Shown: positions 45,672 to 54,687, counted from the stretch's first letter. The stretch is DNA of 64,000 bases from Aggregatilineales bacterium (GCA_029976005.1 JARKOQ010000218.1:66602-130601), one strand, 5' to 3'. The notes: generated by a model from the sequence alone, not told the origin. A program made the numbers and translations.

Positions 45672-46934
45672 TCAGACCGGGACGGGGATCGTCTGCAAGG
45701 CGTGTTCGACCAGCAGACCGCGCGGCGTCGAGGAGCCGCACCAGTCCTGAGCCAGGGCCAACGCCTCGTCCATCGTGCGGGCTGGCGTGAAATGCGCCGC
45801 GCGCACCACGGCTTCGTCGCTCGCCCCAACCACGATCACCCGGTAATGGGCCAGCAGTTGGGCCACCATGAAGGCTCGCTGTTCGCCCGGCTTGCAGCCA
45901 TGAGCGCGCATCTCGTGCATCATGGCGTTCAAATCGTCGGAACGGCGCAACACGTCGAGGAAATTGCGTTCGCCCTGCCCTTCGCCCGCTCCTTCCGGGA
46001 TCGGCGCGGGCAGGATCATGACTCCGCCGGGCCGGATCACCGGCCGCCCGCCGAGTCCGATGTACGTGACCCCGCGCGACGCCTGGTAGAGGTTGACGTC
46101 CTTGGGCGCGCCAATCCCCGCGATCACCACGTCGTAGGGCGCGGCGACGGGCGTCTCGTAAAGCTGGCGGGCGCGCGCCACCAGCCGGTCGTGGACCTCG
46201 GCGGGCGGGCCGCTGGCCTCGTCCACGATCCGGTATTCGGCGTCCAGCACCACGTTGACCGCCCAGCGCAGCCCGGTCATGGCCCCCGCCTGCCGGACAA
46301 ACCGCTGGAACGGGTTGCCCTCGATCCGGCCCAGGCGCGTGCCGGGCTGGTCGAGATAGGCCGGGCCGTGGGTCGCGCCGATCGTCCGCGGCCCGCCACA
46401 GCCAACCACGACCGTTTTGGCCCCGCCGGAATAGCCCGCGTACTGGTGCGGCTCGACTACCCCCAGCGCCACGACCAGCGTCCCCGGCGCAACCAGCAGT
46501 GGATTGACCTCCACGGGCACACCATCGATCTCGCCGATCGTCACCACCCCGGCCGGATCGTGATCAATGACCGGATAACGCCCGACAATCGCCTCGCCCA
46601 GCTTGGCGACCTTTTCCGCGTGGGTGCTGGGCCGGTGCATCCCGATCGCACATAGGAAGGTCACCCGCTCCGGCCCGAAGCCGTGCCGGTCCAGCACGTC
46701 GAGCACCCGGCCCGCCAGAGCCTGATCCGGGCTTTCGCGGGTGGAATCGGTGAACACGATCACCACCCGCTCGGCCGCCCGGACGAGATCGTCCAGCGAC
46801 GGCTCAGAAGCAGGATGGGCCTCGGCCGGAGGCAGCCCGGCGGCGCTGCGCGCCACGTCCATCGTCCAGCCGGGCGGCAGGTGGAAGCTCAGCCGATCCC
46901 GGCCAAAAGGCACCTGGTACGATTGCTCGCTCAT
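45672..46934 (-). CDS. larA: LarA-family nickel-pincer-cofactor-dependent racemase/epimerase homolog
   Basis: 420 aa from MSEQSYQVPFG. CAIGMHRPS is present, and PHQYAGYSGGAKTVVVGCGGPRTIGATHG gives H-x9-K-x15-H spacing. ATGA overlap with the upstream gene. Confidence 0.85.
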   Translation of the reverse strand: MSEQSYQVPFGRDRLSFHLPPGWTMDVARSAAGLPPAEAHPASEPSLDDLVRAAERVVIVFTDSTRESPDQALAGRVLDVLDRHGFGPERVTFLCAIGMHRPSTHAEKVAKLGEAIVGRYPVIDHDPAGVVTIGEIDGVPVEVNPLLVAPGTLVVALGVVEPHQYAGYSGGAKTVVVGCGGPRTIGATHGPAYLDQPGTRLGRIEGNPFQRFVRQAGAMTGLRWAVNVVLDAEYRIVDEASGPPAEVHDRLVARARQLYETPVAAPYDVVIAGIGAPKDVNLYQASRGVTYIGLGGRPVIRPGGVMILPAPIPEGAGEGQGERNFLDVLRRSDDLNAMMHEMRAHGCKPGEQRAFMVAQLLAHYRVIVVGASDEAVVRAAHFTPARTMDEALALAQDWCGSSTPRGLLVEHALQTIPVPV

Positions 46935-47896
46935 GGTTCGAACACACTCCCTAAGTGGCTGACCAGCTCCTCGGGGGACTGGATCGGGGCAGCGCAGTCC
47001 AGCAGCAGGTACAACCCGGCATGGTCGGGATGAGCATGGGCACGGCTGGCCAGCCGAAGCTGGCGATCGGCCACGATCTGGTAGCCGCCCGCCACCGGGA
47101 TATGCCCGGATACGATCACGCGCTGCGCGGCCGGCGCACCATTCGACCATGTCTCCAGAAAACGAGCCACCACGCTGGCATAGACATCCTGGCTGATGCC
47201 GCGCTCGTTGCGGCAGAAAAAGGCTTCCCAAAGCACCCCGAAGGCCGGTTCGCGCCGGTCGAGGGCCAGCACGCGCAGCAAGTCCCGGTAGCGGGGATCG
47301 TCCGGCCCCGTGACGGCCAGGAAGTAGGCGGCATCCTCATCGTAGCTGCCGCCCGTCAGGCGGCCGTATTCGGCCTTCAGCTCGGCCAGGGGGCGCTTCG
47401 CCAGACCGGCGTCCACTGCTTCGATCAGGGCGCGATGATCGAACTCGGCCAGGACTTCTCGGCCGGCGGGCAGCGCCGCCGCCGGCGATGGGCCAACGTG
47501 CGCCACCATCACCCCCGCTGCCGTCCGCACGAAAAACGGCAGATCATTCAAAAAGCCCAGCACCTCCGCACGGAAGGCTGGCCCGGCCTCGGCCAGCTTG
47601 CGCTCGAATCCCGGTGAATAGTCGACCTCTCCCCGGCTCAAGGGCAGACTATAGATATGCACCAGCTCGTGGTTGCCCAGCAGCACGACCACGCGATCCG
47701 GTCCCAGTTCCGTTTGCAAGCGCATCACATCGCGCAGGATGGGCAGGCTCATGTCCTGATGGGCCGGGCCTTCACTGTGGATCAAATCACCGCACAGAAT
47801 CAGGCGATCGGCCCGTCCCTGGGCGCGCAGTTCGAGAAAACGGTCGCGATAGCGGCCGTAGGCTTCACCGTCGCCGTGCAGATCGGTGACGATCAT
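46931..47896 (-). CDS. Calcineurin-like metallophosphoesterase
   Basis: 321 aa from MIVTDLHGD. Also GDLIHSEG and GNHE motifs. Confidence 0.85.
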   Translation of the reverse strand: MIVTDLHGDGEAYGRYRDRFLELRAQGRADRLILCGDLIHSEGPAHQDMSLPILRDVMRLQTELGPDRVVVLLGNHELVHIYSLPLSRGEVDYSPGFERKLAEAGPAFRAEVLGFLNDLPFFVRTAAGVMVAHVGPSPAAALPAGREVLAEFDHRALIEAVDAGLAKRPLAELKAEYGRLTGGSYDEDAAYFLAVTGPDDPRYRDLLRVLALDRREPAFGVLWEAFFCRNERGISQDVYASVVARFLETWSNGAPAAQRVIVSGHIPVAGGYQIVADRQLRLASRAHAHPDHAGLYLLLDCAAPIQSPEELVSHLGSVFEP

Positions 47897-47949
47897 GGCG
47901 ACCCCATCACGGAAATCACGAACCCGACGGCTCAACAGGCATCTCCTGG

Positions 47950-47992
47950 TACAAACAGACAAACACAAAGAGCGTCCCGCGGGACGCTCTTT
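47950..47992 (-). terminator. Rho-independent terminator of mdh
   Basis: Near-perfect palindrome AAAGAGCGTCCC-GC-GGGACGCTCTTT (47967-47992). The minus-strand reading runs into a T-rich tail, TTTGTGTTTGTCTGTTTG. Confidence 0.75.
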
Positions 47993-48016
47993 ATGATACG
48001 CGCAAATCAGCAGTCG

Positions 48017-49039
48017 CTACAACTTCGCCGCAGGCATCCTGGCCGCCGATTCCGGGATCAGGTCGCGGACGGCATCCCGTTCTTCCAGAAGCTCGCTGGT
48101 GGTCTCTTCCAGGCGGCCCCGCATGTAATCACTCAGCGCCAGCCCCTGGACGATCTCCCACGTGCCGTCGCCCTGCGACCGGATCGGGTAGGAGAACATC
48201 AGCCCCTTGGGCACGCCGTAGCTGCCATCCGAGACCACCGCCGCGCTGAACCAGCACCCGGCGGGAGTCGGCGTGCGCAGGCAGCGAATCGTATCGATCG
48301 CCGCGAGGGCCGCGCTGGCCGCGCTGCTCTTACCGCGCGCGTCGATGATCGCCTTGCCGCGCTGCTGGTTGATCTGGATGAAATCATTCTCCAGCCACTG
48401 CCGGTCGGGGATGACCTCCAGCAGCGGCCGCCCACCGATCCGGGCGTGCTCGAAGTCCGGCACCTGGGTTGCGCTGTGGTTGCCCCAGATCGCCATGCAC
48501 GTTACCGTGCTGACGGGCACCCCGGCCTTGATCGCGATCTGGGCCTTGGCCCGGTTTTCGTCCAACCGGGTCATGGCGAACCAGCGGTCGGCCGGGATAT
48601 CCGGCGCGTTGAGGTGGGCGACCATGGCATTCGTATTGCATGGATTCGCCACCACCAGCACCCGAATGTCCCTGGCCGCGTAGTCGTTGATCGCCCGGCC
48701 CTGGGTCGCGAAGATCGCGCCGTTGGAGGACAGCAGATCGCTGCGCTCCATGTCCTTGGTGCGCGGCTTGCCGCCTACCAGGATCGCCCAGTTCGCGTCC
48801 TTGAACCCGACTGCCGGATCATCCGTCAGAATGATGTCCTGGACCAGCGGGAAGGCACAGTCGTCCAGCTCCATTTTCACGCCCGCGAGAAATCCCATCG
48901 CTTCGGGAACCTCGATGATCTGCAAAATCACGGGTTGATCGTGCCCGAACACCTCTCCACTCGCCAGACGGAACAACAGGCTGTAGGCGATTTGACCGGC
49001 GCCACCTGTTACTGCAACGCGAATCGGATTTTTCTCCAC
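48017..49039 (-). CDS. mdh: Malate dehydrogenase (LDH-like family 2 type)
   Basis: 340 aa from GTG ([23 protein letters not shown]), which is preceded by GGAGG at 8 nt. The track ATG at 49054 would bury the SD. Confidence 0.92.
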   Translation of the reverse strand: MEKNPIRVAVTGGAGQIAYSLLFRLASGEVFGHDQPVILQIIEVPEAMGFLAGVKMELDDCAFPLVQDIILTDDPAVGFKDANWAILVGGKPRTKDMERSDLLSSNGAIFATQGRAINDYAARDIRVLVVANPCNTNAMVAHLNAPDIPADRWFAMTRLDENRAKAQIAIKAGVPVSTVTCMAIWGNHSATQVPDFEHARIGGRPLLEVIPDRQWLENDFIQINQQRGKAIIDARGKSSAASAALAAIDTIRCLRTPTPAGCWFSAAVVSDGSYGVPKGLMFSYPIRSQGDGTWEIVQGLALSDYMRGRLEETTSELLEERDAVRDLIPESAARMPAAKL

Positions 49040-49163
49040 GTGTTTCCTCCACATCGAGCATACTGGAGGCCCCTGTCAAAAGAGAGCCTGCCCGGCCTAT
49101 CGGTATTCGTTGGATGCAAGCCAATATCGTCAGGTCACTACACGATACAGTGTCACCCGACCA

Positions 49164-49172
49164 AGTATACCA
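49164..49172 (-). promoter_or_regulatory. Extended -10 TGGTATACT upstream of mdh
   Basis: Minus strand reads TATGGTATACTTGG in the lower-GC spacer, about 125 nt before the mdh start. Identical 9-mer to the nusA promoter. Confidence 0.4.
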
Positions 49173-49241
49173 TATCAATCCGGTATCAGGTGGAATGCAT
49201 GACGTTTGGAACAACGGCATTAGGCGGTTTACACAAACTCG

Positions 49242-49895
49242 TCAGCCAACCAGGAAGGTCGTCCCGGCCGTGTCGGGCCGCAGTTCCGGCGGAAGGTGAC
49301 TCGCGTCCCCAAACGCCAGCAGCGAGGCCGAGCGTCCATCCTCGCCGACCTCGATCGCCGACCGGGTCGCATTGCCGGCAGGCAACTCGCCCGACCACAG
49401 CCCGAAGAAGCGCAGCACCTCCCGCAGTGGGCCGCCGTGAGAGACCAGCACCACGTGCCGTCCGGCCTCCGCCGCCAGCAGGTCGCGCAGCCCGGCCAAC
49501 ACGCGCTCCGCCAGCATGTGCTGGCTCTCGCCGCCGGGCACGGTCACCCCGGCCGGATTTGCACGATAGGCGGCGAAACGCTCCGGATCGAGCCGCTGGA
49601 CTTCGGCCAGGGTCATGCCCTGCCAGTTGCCATAGTTCAGCTCCCGGAAGCGAGGGTCACAGCGCACCGCTAGCCCCAACCGGGCGGCAATGGGTTCGGC
49701 CGTCTGGCGGCAACGCAGCAGGTCGCTGCTGTAAACGGCGGCGATGCTGCCGTCCTGCCCCAGCGCCTCGGCCAGGCAGCGCGCCTGAGCCAGCCCACGC
49801 TCGCTTAGCGGAATCGGCGCGTGCCCCTGATAGCGGCCCAGGCCGTTCCAGTCCGTATGGCCGTGGCGAACCAGCGTCAGTCGCGTGTTCATCAT
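49242..49895 (-). CDS. Histidine phosphatase family protein (PGAM-like), paralog 3 of 3 in transcription order
   Basis: 217 aa with LTLVRHGHTDWN (RHG motif) and VLVSHGGPL. Confidence 0.9.
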   Translation of the reverse strand: MMNTRLTLVRHGHTDWNGLGRYQGHAPIPLSERGLAQARCLAEALGQDGSIAAVYSSDLLRCRQTAEPIAARLGLAVRCDPRFRELNYGNWQGMTLAEVQRLDPERFAAYRANPAGVTVPGGESQHMLAERVLAGLRDLLAAEAGRHVVLVSHGGPLREVLRFFGLWSGELPAGNATRSAIEVGEDGRSASLLAFGDASHLPPELRPDTAGTTFLVG

Positions 49896-49903
49896 CGCAT
49901 CCC

Positions 49904-50533
49904 CTACGAGACCAGATCGGCCGGCAAATGGGAGATATCCGCGATCAGCACGGCCTCGGCGCGGCCGTCCTCATCCACGCGCACCACCGAGCGCGAGGTG
50001 TTGAGCACGGCCGGGCCATCCTGCGACGGCGGCCAGACACCCAGATGGCGCAGCGCCGCGTGCACCGGGCCGCTGTGGGTAACCACCACCACGTGCTGCC
50101 CCGGATGGCGGGCCAGCACCGCGTCCAGACCGGCGACGACGCGCGCCGACAGCATGGCGCGGCTTTCCCCACCGGGAAACGGCACGTGCCATGGATCGGC
50201 CTTGCGCCGGGCATAGTGCTCTGGATCGTAGTCCTGCATTTCCTGCCCGGAGAGGCCCTGCCAGAAACCCAGGTCGTATTCGCGAAAAGCCGGGTCGAGC
50301 CGGACTTCAAGCCCGAATACCGCCGCGACCGGCGCGGCTGTCTGCACGCAGCGGCTCAGATCGCTGCTGTAGATCGCGTGGATGGCTTCGCCGTTTGCCA
50401 TGGCATCGGCCAGATGGCGCGCCTGGGCCAATCCCTGGGCATTCAGGGGGATCGGGGCCAGTCCTTGCGCGCGTTTGGTCTGGTTCCAGTCCGTGAAGCC
50501 GTGCCGGATCAAGGTCAACAGGGTAGTGGTCAT
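49904..50533 (-). CDS. Histidine phosphatase family protein, paralog 2
   Basis: 209 aa with LTLIRHGFTDWN and VVVTHSGPV. 8-nt gap to the next gene. Confidence 0.9.
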   Translation of the reverse strand: MTTTLLTLIRHGFTDWNQTKRAQGLAPIPLNAQGLAQARHLADAMANGEAIHAIYSSDLSRCVQTAAPVAAVFGLEVRLDPAFREYDLGFWQGLSGQEMQDYDPEHYARRKADPWHVPFPGGESRAMLSARVVAGLDAVLARHPGQHVVVVTHSGPVHAALRHLGVWPPSQDGPAVLNTSRSVVRVDEDGRAEAVLIADISHLPADLVS

Positions 50534-50549
50534 GTGCCCTCCGAGCCGT

Positions 50550-51194
50550 TTACTGGGTAATCAGCTCAGACGGCAGGTGACTCGTGTCCGGCGGCAGCAG
50601 CAGTTCGGCCGCGTCGCCGCCTTCCGCCAGACGCAGCATCGTCCGCGACGTGTTCTGGATCGGCGGCGCGTCGACCTGCCAGGGCGTGTACGGCCACAGC
50701 CCAAAGTGGCGCAGCACCTCGCTGATCGAGCCGCCATGCGTCACGACCAGCACGTGCTGCCCCGGATGAGCTGCCCCGATCTCCACAATCGCCTCGACCG
50801 ACCGCGCGCGCAAATCGGCGCGGGTCTCACCGCCAGGCAGCGGCACCCGCATCGGCTCGCGGCGGTGCGCGGCCAGGGCCTCGCCCGCGTACAGTTCCAT
50901 CTCGTCATGGGATAGCCCTTGCAGGACGCCCACGTCGATCTCGCGCAGCCGAAAGTCATACCGGACGGGCAGGCCCAGCGCTTCCGCGATGGGCATCATG
51001 GTTTCCCGGCAGCGGGTCAGATCGCTGCAATACAGCGCCCGGACTGGCGGCTGCAAGCCCATCGCCAGCGTGCCCAGATAAGCGGCCTGCTGGCGGCCCA
51101 GCTCCGACAGGGGAATAGGGGACTGCCCCTGGGCGCGGCCCACGGCATTCCAGATGCTCTGTCCGTGCCGGATCAGAGTCAGCAAAGTTGCCAT
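50550..51194 (-). CDS. Histidine phosphatase family protein, paralog 1
   Basis: 214 aa from MATLLTLIRHGQSIWN, with LVVTHGGSI. GAAGGTG lies before ATG 51194; the track GTG is at 51203. Confidence 0.88.
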   Translation of the reverse strand: MATLLTLIRHGQSIWNAVGRAQGQSPIPLSELGRQQAAYLGTLAMGLQPPVRALYCSDLTRCRETMMPIAEALGLPVRYDFRLREIDVGVLQGLSHDEMELYAGEALAAHRREPMRVPLPGGETRADLRARSVEAIVEIGAAHPGQHVLVVTHGGSISEVLRHFGLWPYTPWQVDAPPIQNTSRTMLRLAEGGDAAELLLPPDTSHLPSELITQ

Positions 51195-51238
51195 GCGGAT
51201 CACCTTCCGTCAGTGTTGCCAGCCTGATACGGCCTACC

Positions 51239-51267
51239 AGCCTAGCGGCGGATTGGCCGGCTGTCAA
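51239..51267 (-). promoter_or_regulatory. Promoter TTGACA-17-TAGGCT upstream of the phosphatase triplet
   Basis: Minus strand has TTGACA (51267-51262), a 17-nt spacer and TAGGCT (51244-51239). Confidence 0.4.
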
Positions 51268-51353
51268 CCGCCAATCGGCACCAATCCCAGGGCGATTCCG
51301 CGCGTCGGGGCAACCAAGAATCCATTTTCGCGCGCGTCAAAACTGGCCCGATG

Positions 51354-51362
51354 TGCTATTCT
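51354..51362 (+). promoter_or_regulatory. Extended -10-like TGCTATTCT upstream of hypothetical gene 51432
   Basis: Lies in the divergent intergenic region, about 70 nt before the ATG. Confidence 0.35.
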
Positions 51363-51431
51363 CATTGACGGATAAGTACTGTCTGCCGGGGCCACACACT
51401 GCCCCGAAGGCCCCACGATCGAGAATGCCCG

Positions 51432-51926
51432 ATGCCTACCATTCCCGAACCCCAACTGGTCGGCGACGAGCTGAACGCCGTCCTGCTCCATTCGGACGCC
51501 GGGCTGGTACTGGCCCTCGGCGACCTGCCGGTTGATTACCCGCCGGAGCGAATCGCCCGTCCCAGAGGGCCGCTGGTCGTTCGTTATGCCCTGGCCTATC
51601 TTCAGCGCGAGGCCTGGATCGTGCCGGGCCTGTTCGCGTCCGAATACGGCGCGATCCTGCTGGGCCGCGCGGCCTGGGACTATGCCCTGGAGCACACCAA
51701 CCTCCACCCCCGCGCCGACCTCGTGGGCCTGCGCAGCGACGGTCGCACCGATCAGGTCATGCTCCGCCAGCTCGACTTCGGCCGGCCGGTCGCCGTCCTC
51801 GCCTACGAGACTTCCGCCGCGCGCCTGCCGCTGGGCAGCCTGGCCGCCTATTGGACGGACACGGATACGCCGCCCTTGCCCGATCTGCTCGCCGAATACC
51901 TGCCCTGCCTGGATCGCCTGCCCTGA
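51432..51926 (+). CDS. Hypothetical protein (164 aa), no family recognised
   Basis: GC3-rich codon usage consistent with neighbouring genes (ctg/gcc/gac codons). The competing minus-strand ORF 51264..51953 looks like a shadow. Confidence 0.6.
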   Translation: MPTIPEPQLVGDELNAVLLHSDAGLVLALGDLPVDYPPERIARPRGPLVVRYALAYLQREAWIVPGLFASEYGAILLGRAAWDYALEHTNLHPRADLVGLRSDGRTDQVMLRQLDFGRPVAVLAYETSAARLPLGSLAAYWTDTDTPPLPDLLAEYLPCLDRLP

Positions 51927-52049
51927 CCGGCCGGGCATGGGTCCCTCTGGCATTCCTCATATCCTCGCGTTTTGCTTTTCTCTGCGGTCCTCCTTGGCGC
52001 TTTGGCGGTTCAAATTGCTTTTCGATGCGATCGCCGCGCTGACTGGCCC

Positions 52050-52078
52050 TGGCATCCACCCCGGCCGTGCGCTAAAAT
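52050..52078 (+). promoter_or_regulatory. Promoter TGGCAT-17-TAAAAT upstream of the ThiS-like gene and era
   Basis: TGGCAT at 52050-52055, 17-nt spacer, TAAAAT at 52073-52078. Confidence 0.4.
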
Positions 52079-52117
52079 GTCCCTTCACACCGGCCGCCAT
52101 TCCGGCCGCCGGACAGA

Positions 52118-52342
52118 TTGGCCGCCTCCATGACCGTTCCAGCCGCCCCAACCGCCACGCTCATCTACCGCCGGCAGAAGCACGAAGTCCCGGCTGGCCT
52201 CACGGCCCGCGAGGCTATGCGGCGCTGCCATCTGGAACCGGATCTGATGCTGGTCGTCTACCGCGGAGAAGTGGTTCAGGACGATCTCGTGCTTCAGCCC
52301 GGCGACCAGATCAGACTCGTGCCGGCCGTCCTGGGCGGCTGA
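52118..52342 (+). CDS. ThiS/MoaD-like beta-grasp (ubiquitin-like) protein ending in Gly-Gly
   Basis: 74 aa (70 aa if it starts at ATG 52130). ...VPAGLTAREAMRRCHL...VVYRGEVVQDDLVLQPGDQIRLVPAVLGG-stop. Normal codon usage. Confidence 0.7.
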   Translation: MAASMTVPAAPTATLIYRRQKHEVPAGLTAREAMRRCHLEPDLMLVVYRGEVVQDDLVLQPGDQIRLVPAVLGG

Positions 52343-52411
52343 TCCTGCTCTTGCTTCGTGACTGGCCCGCAATTGAGGGGCCAGCAACCCTATTCAAGGA
52401 TGTAAGCGTTG

Positions 52412-53359
52412 ATGAACGACGAGCCTCAAGCGACGGACCTGCCCCTGGAAGAACTGCCCGCCGATCACCGGTCGGGTTTCGTGGCCGTGATCGGGCGGCC
52501 TAACGTCGGCAAATCGACTCTGATCAACCGGCTCCTGGGCCAGAAGATCGCGATCGTATCCCCCCGCCCCCAGACGACCCGCGTCCGTCAGCTTGGCATT
52601 CTGACCGAGGAACACGCCCAGGTAGTGTTCGTCGATACGCCGGGTCTCCACAAACCGCGCCACTCTCTGGGGGAATTCATGGTCCAGGTCGCCCAACAGG
52701 CGCTTCAGGACGCCGATCTGATCCTGTACGTGGTCGAATCCACCCTCCCGCCCGGCACGGGCGACCAACTGATCGCGTCTCAGATCGCCGAGGTCGCGCC
52801 GGACGTACCCGTTCTGCTCGCTATCAACAAGATCGATATCACCCCGCCGGATGAGCTGGTGCGCAACTCCGATGCCTACGTGGCGCTGGTCAAACCCGCT
52901 GACTGGATCGCCGTCAGCGCCATGCGCGGGTTGGGCATCGACGACCTGCACCAGCGGCTGATCGCACACCTGCCCCTTGGGCCGCGCTACTACCCCACCG
53001 ATCAGGTCACGGAAACCTACGTACGCAACATCGCGGGGGAGATGATCCGCGAAAAAGTGCTGCTCAACACGCGAGACGAGATTCCGCACGCGGTAGCGGT
53101 CGAGATTCATGAGTTCAAGGAACGCAACGAGGGCCTGACCTACGTCCACGCCTCGATCTACGTGGAGCGCGATTCCCAGAAGTCGATCATCATCGGTAAG
53201 AAGGGCCAGATGCTCAAGAAGATCGGTGCCGCCGCCCGCTATGAGATCGAGCAGATGCTGGACACCAAAGTCTACCTGGATCTCCAGGTCAAGGTTCTCC
53301 CCAACTGGCGCGAGGATCAGGCGATTCTGGAACGGCTGGGCTACCGGATCAGCCGCTAG
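52412..53359 (+). CDS. era: GTPase Era
   Basis: 315 aa. G1 is GRPNVGKST, G3 is DTPG, G4 is NKID, and the C-terminal KH domain is present. AAGGA lies 11 nt before ATG 52412. Confidence 0.95.
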   Translation: MNDEPQATDLPLEELPADHRSGFVAVIGRPNVGKSTLINRLLGQKIAIVSPRPQTTRVRQLGILTEEHAQVVFVDTPGLHKPRHSLGEFMVQVAQQALQDADLILYVVESTLPPGTGDQLIASQIAEVAPDVPVLLAINKIDITPPDELVRNSDAYVALVKPADWIAVSAMRGLGIDDLHQRLIAHLPLGPRYYPTDQVTETYVRNIAGEMIREKVLLNTRDEIPHAVAVEIHEFKERNEGLTYVHASIYVERDSQKSIIIGKKGQMLKKIGAAARYEIEQMLDTKVYLDLQVKVLPNWREDQAILERLGYRISR

Positions 53360-53498
53360 ACCGGACAATCCCGATTCGTCACGACGGCGCAATTCGCGCA
53401 ACCTACAGAACGAATTTTCGTATCGTATTGTGATTCTGCGTGTCTGCTCCAACCCAATCATACGATGATGAATCTGGAGGAAACCGAGCTTACAGGTC

Positions 53499-54686
53499 AT
53501 GACGATGGACAACCACACCCCAGGCTCCCGATCGCAGCGAGCCGCCCTGCTCGATCGAGTCTACCGGCGGATCAGTCTGCTGGATGACGAGGCGCTGGTC
53601 CAGCTCGACCGCCTGATCACGACGACCGATCGCGTCGAGTTCTACGAAGAACCTGGGCCGGCTCCCCGCCTGAGCCGGCGCGGCTTTCTGGTGGGTTTGC
53701 TGCTGGGCGGAGCCAGTGTCGGCGCGCTGGGCAGCGGGTTCTGGCTGCTGCAACAGCAAGAGGCGCAGTCGCACCTCGCGGCCGCGCCTACCCCACCCCC
53801 GGCCGCCCAACCCACCCTGCACGGGGAACCGCTCGGCGCAACCCACTTCCCCACCACGCCCACCCCGGACGCCGCGCTCCAGGCCGAGATTGAGGCCCTC
53901 CGCCAGCAGCTCGCTGATTCCCAGGGCGAGCGTCTGGCGATACGCACCGAACTGGATTCGGCCCGCGCCGAAGCAGCCCAACTGGCGACGGACTTACAGA
54001 CCAGCCAGAACGACGCAGCCTACCTTCAGCAAGTTGTTGCGCTCTACCGCCAGCTCGAAGCCACCGGCCTGGACGACCTGCTGCTGGCCGGACTGGGGCC
54101 GCTCGGCGTTGCGCTGCTCGCCATCCAGACCGGCCGCGACGCGCTTTCGGCGGGCATCGAGGAAGCGGCCGCCAAACTGGCGACCATTGAAATCCAGTCG
54201 CCCGCCATCGCCAACGGGCTGCTGTGGCTGGAAGAACAGATCGCCCTGCTCTCCCAGACCCTGCAAAGCCTCGAGGACGCCCTGAGCAGCGTGGTCGAGC
54301 CGGTAGCCCCCGTCGCCCAGCAGATCGGTGATTTCATCGGCCAGGTGTTGGACCTGCTGCCCTTCGGAGTCGGCGAGCAGATTCGACGCGGCCTGGAGGC
54401 CATCGCCCTGATCCTGACCCACATCCCGGAGCTGGTCGCGAGCATCAACCCGCTGCTGATCACCCCCCTGCGCCAGTGGGTCAGCCCGGACGAAACGAAG
54501 GGCCTGGTTGCCGAAGTCGTCCAGCCGATCAGTGAGCACCTGATCAGTCCGGCCCAGGGCATGGTCGACAGCACGGCCGCGCTGGAAACCACCTACAACG
54601 ATCAACTCGCCACGCCGGTCGGGACCGCCCTCGACGCGCGGGCGGAGATTCGCCGCCAGATCGTCGCGCTGTCCGGGATCGCCTGA
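53499..54686 (+). CDS. Hypothetical membrane-anchored coiled-coil protein
   Basis: 395 aa. A 55-aa N-terminal segment, then SRRGFLVGLLLGGASVGALG (a Tat-like motif plus helix), a Pro-rich linker and long heptad-like helices. Confidence 0.7.
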   Translation: MTMDNHTPGSRSQRAALLDRVYRRISLLDDEALVQLDRLITTTDRVEFYEEPGPAPRLSRRGFLVGLLLGGASVGALGSGFWLLQQQEAQSHLAAAPTPPPAAQPTLHGEPLGATHFPTTPTPDAALQAEIEALRQQLADSQGERLAIRTELDSARAEAAQLATDLQTSQNDAAYLQQVVALYRQLEATGLDDLLLAGLGPLGVALLAIQTGRDALSAGIEEAAAKLATIEIQSPAIANGLLWLEEQIALLSQTLQSLEDALSSVVEPVAPVAQQIGDFIGQVLDLLPFGVGEQIRRGLEAIALILTHIPELVASINPLLITPLRQWVSPDETKGLVAEVVQPISEHLISPAQGMVDSTAALETTYNDQLATPVGTALDARAEIRRQIVALSGIA

Positions 54687-54687
54687 C

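Noticed and set aside
49055-49241. Lower-GC 187-nt spacer between the phosphatase operon and mdh, examined for a small RNA or terminator
   Set aside because: Only a promoter-like TGGTATACT and short imperfect stems were found. There is no convincing terminator or conserved RNA motif.
47657-50560. 967-aa plus-strand ORF opposite the phosphoesterase, mdh and two phosphatase genes
   Set aside because: It crosses the mdh terminator and the lower-GC spacer. Its composition is low complexity (runs of R, P, A, G). The opposite strand encodes well-supported genes.
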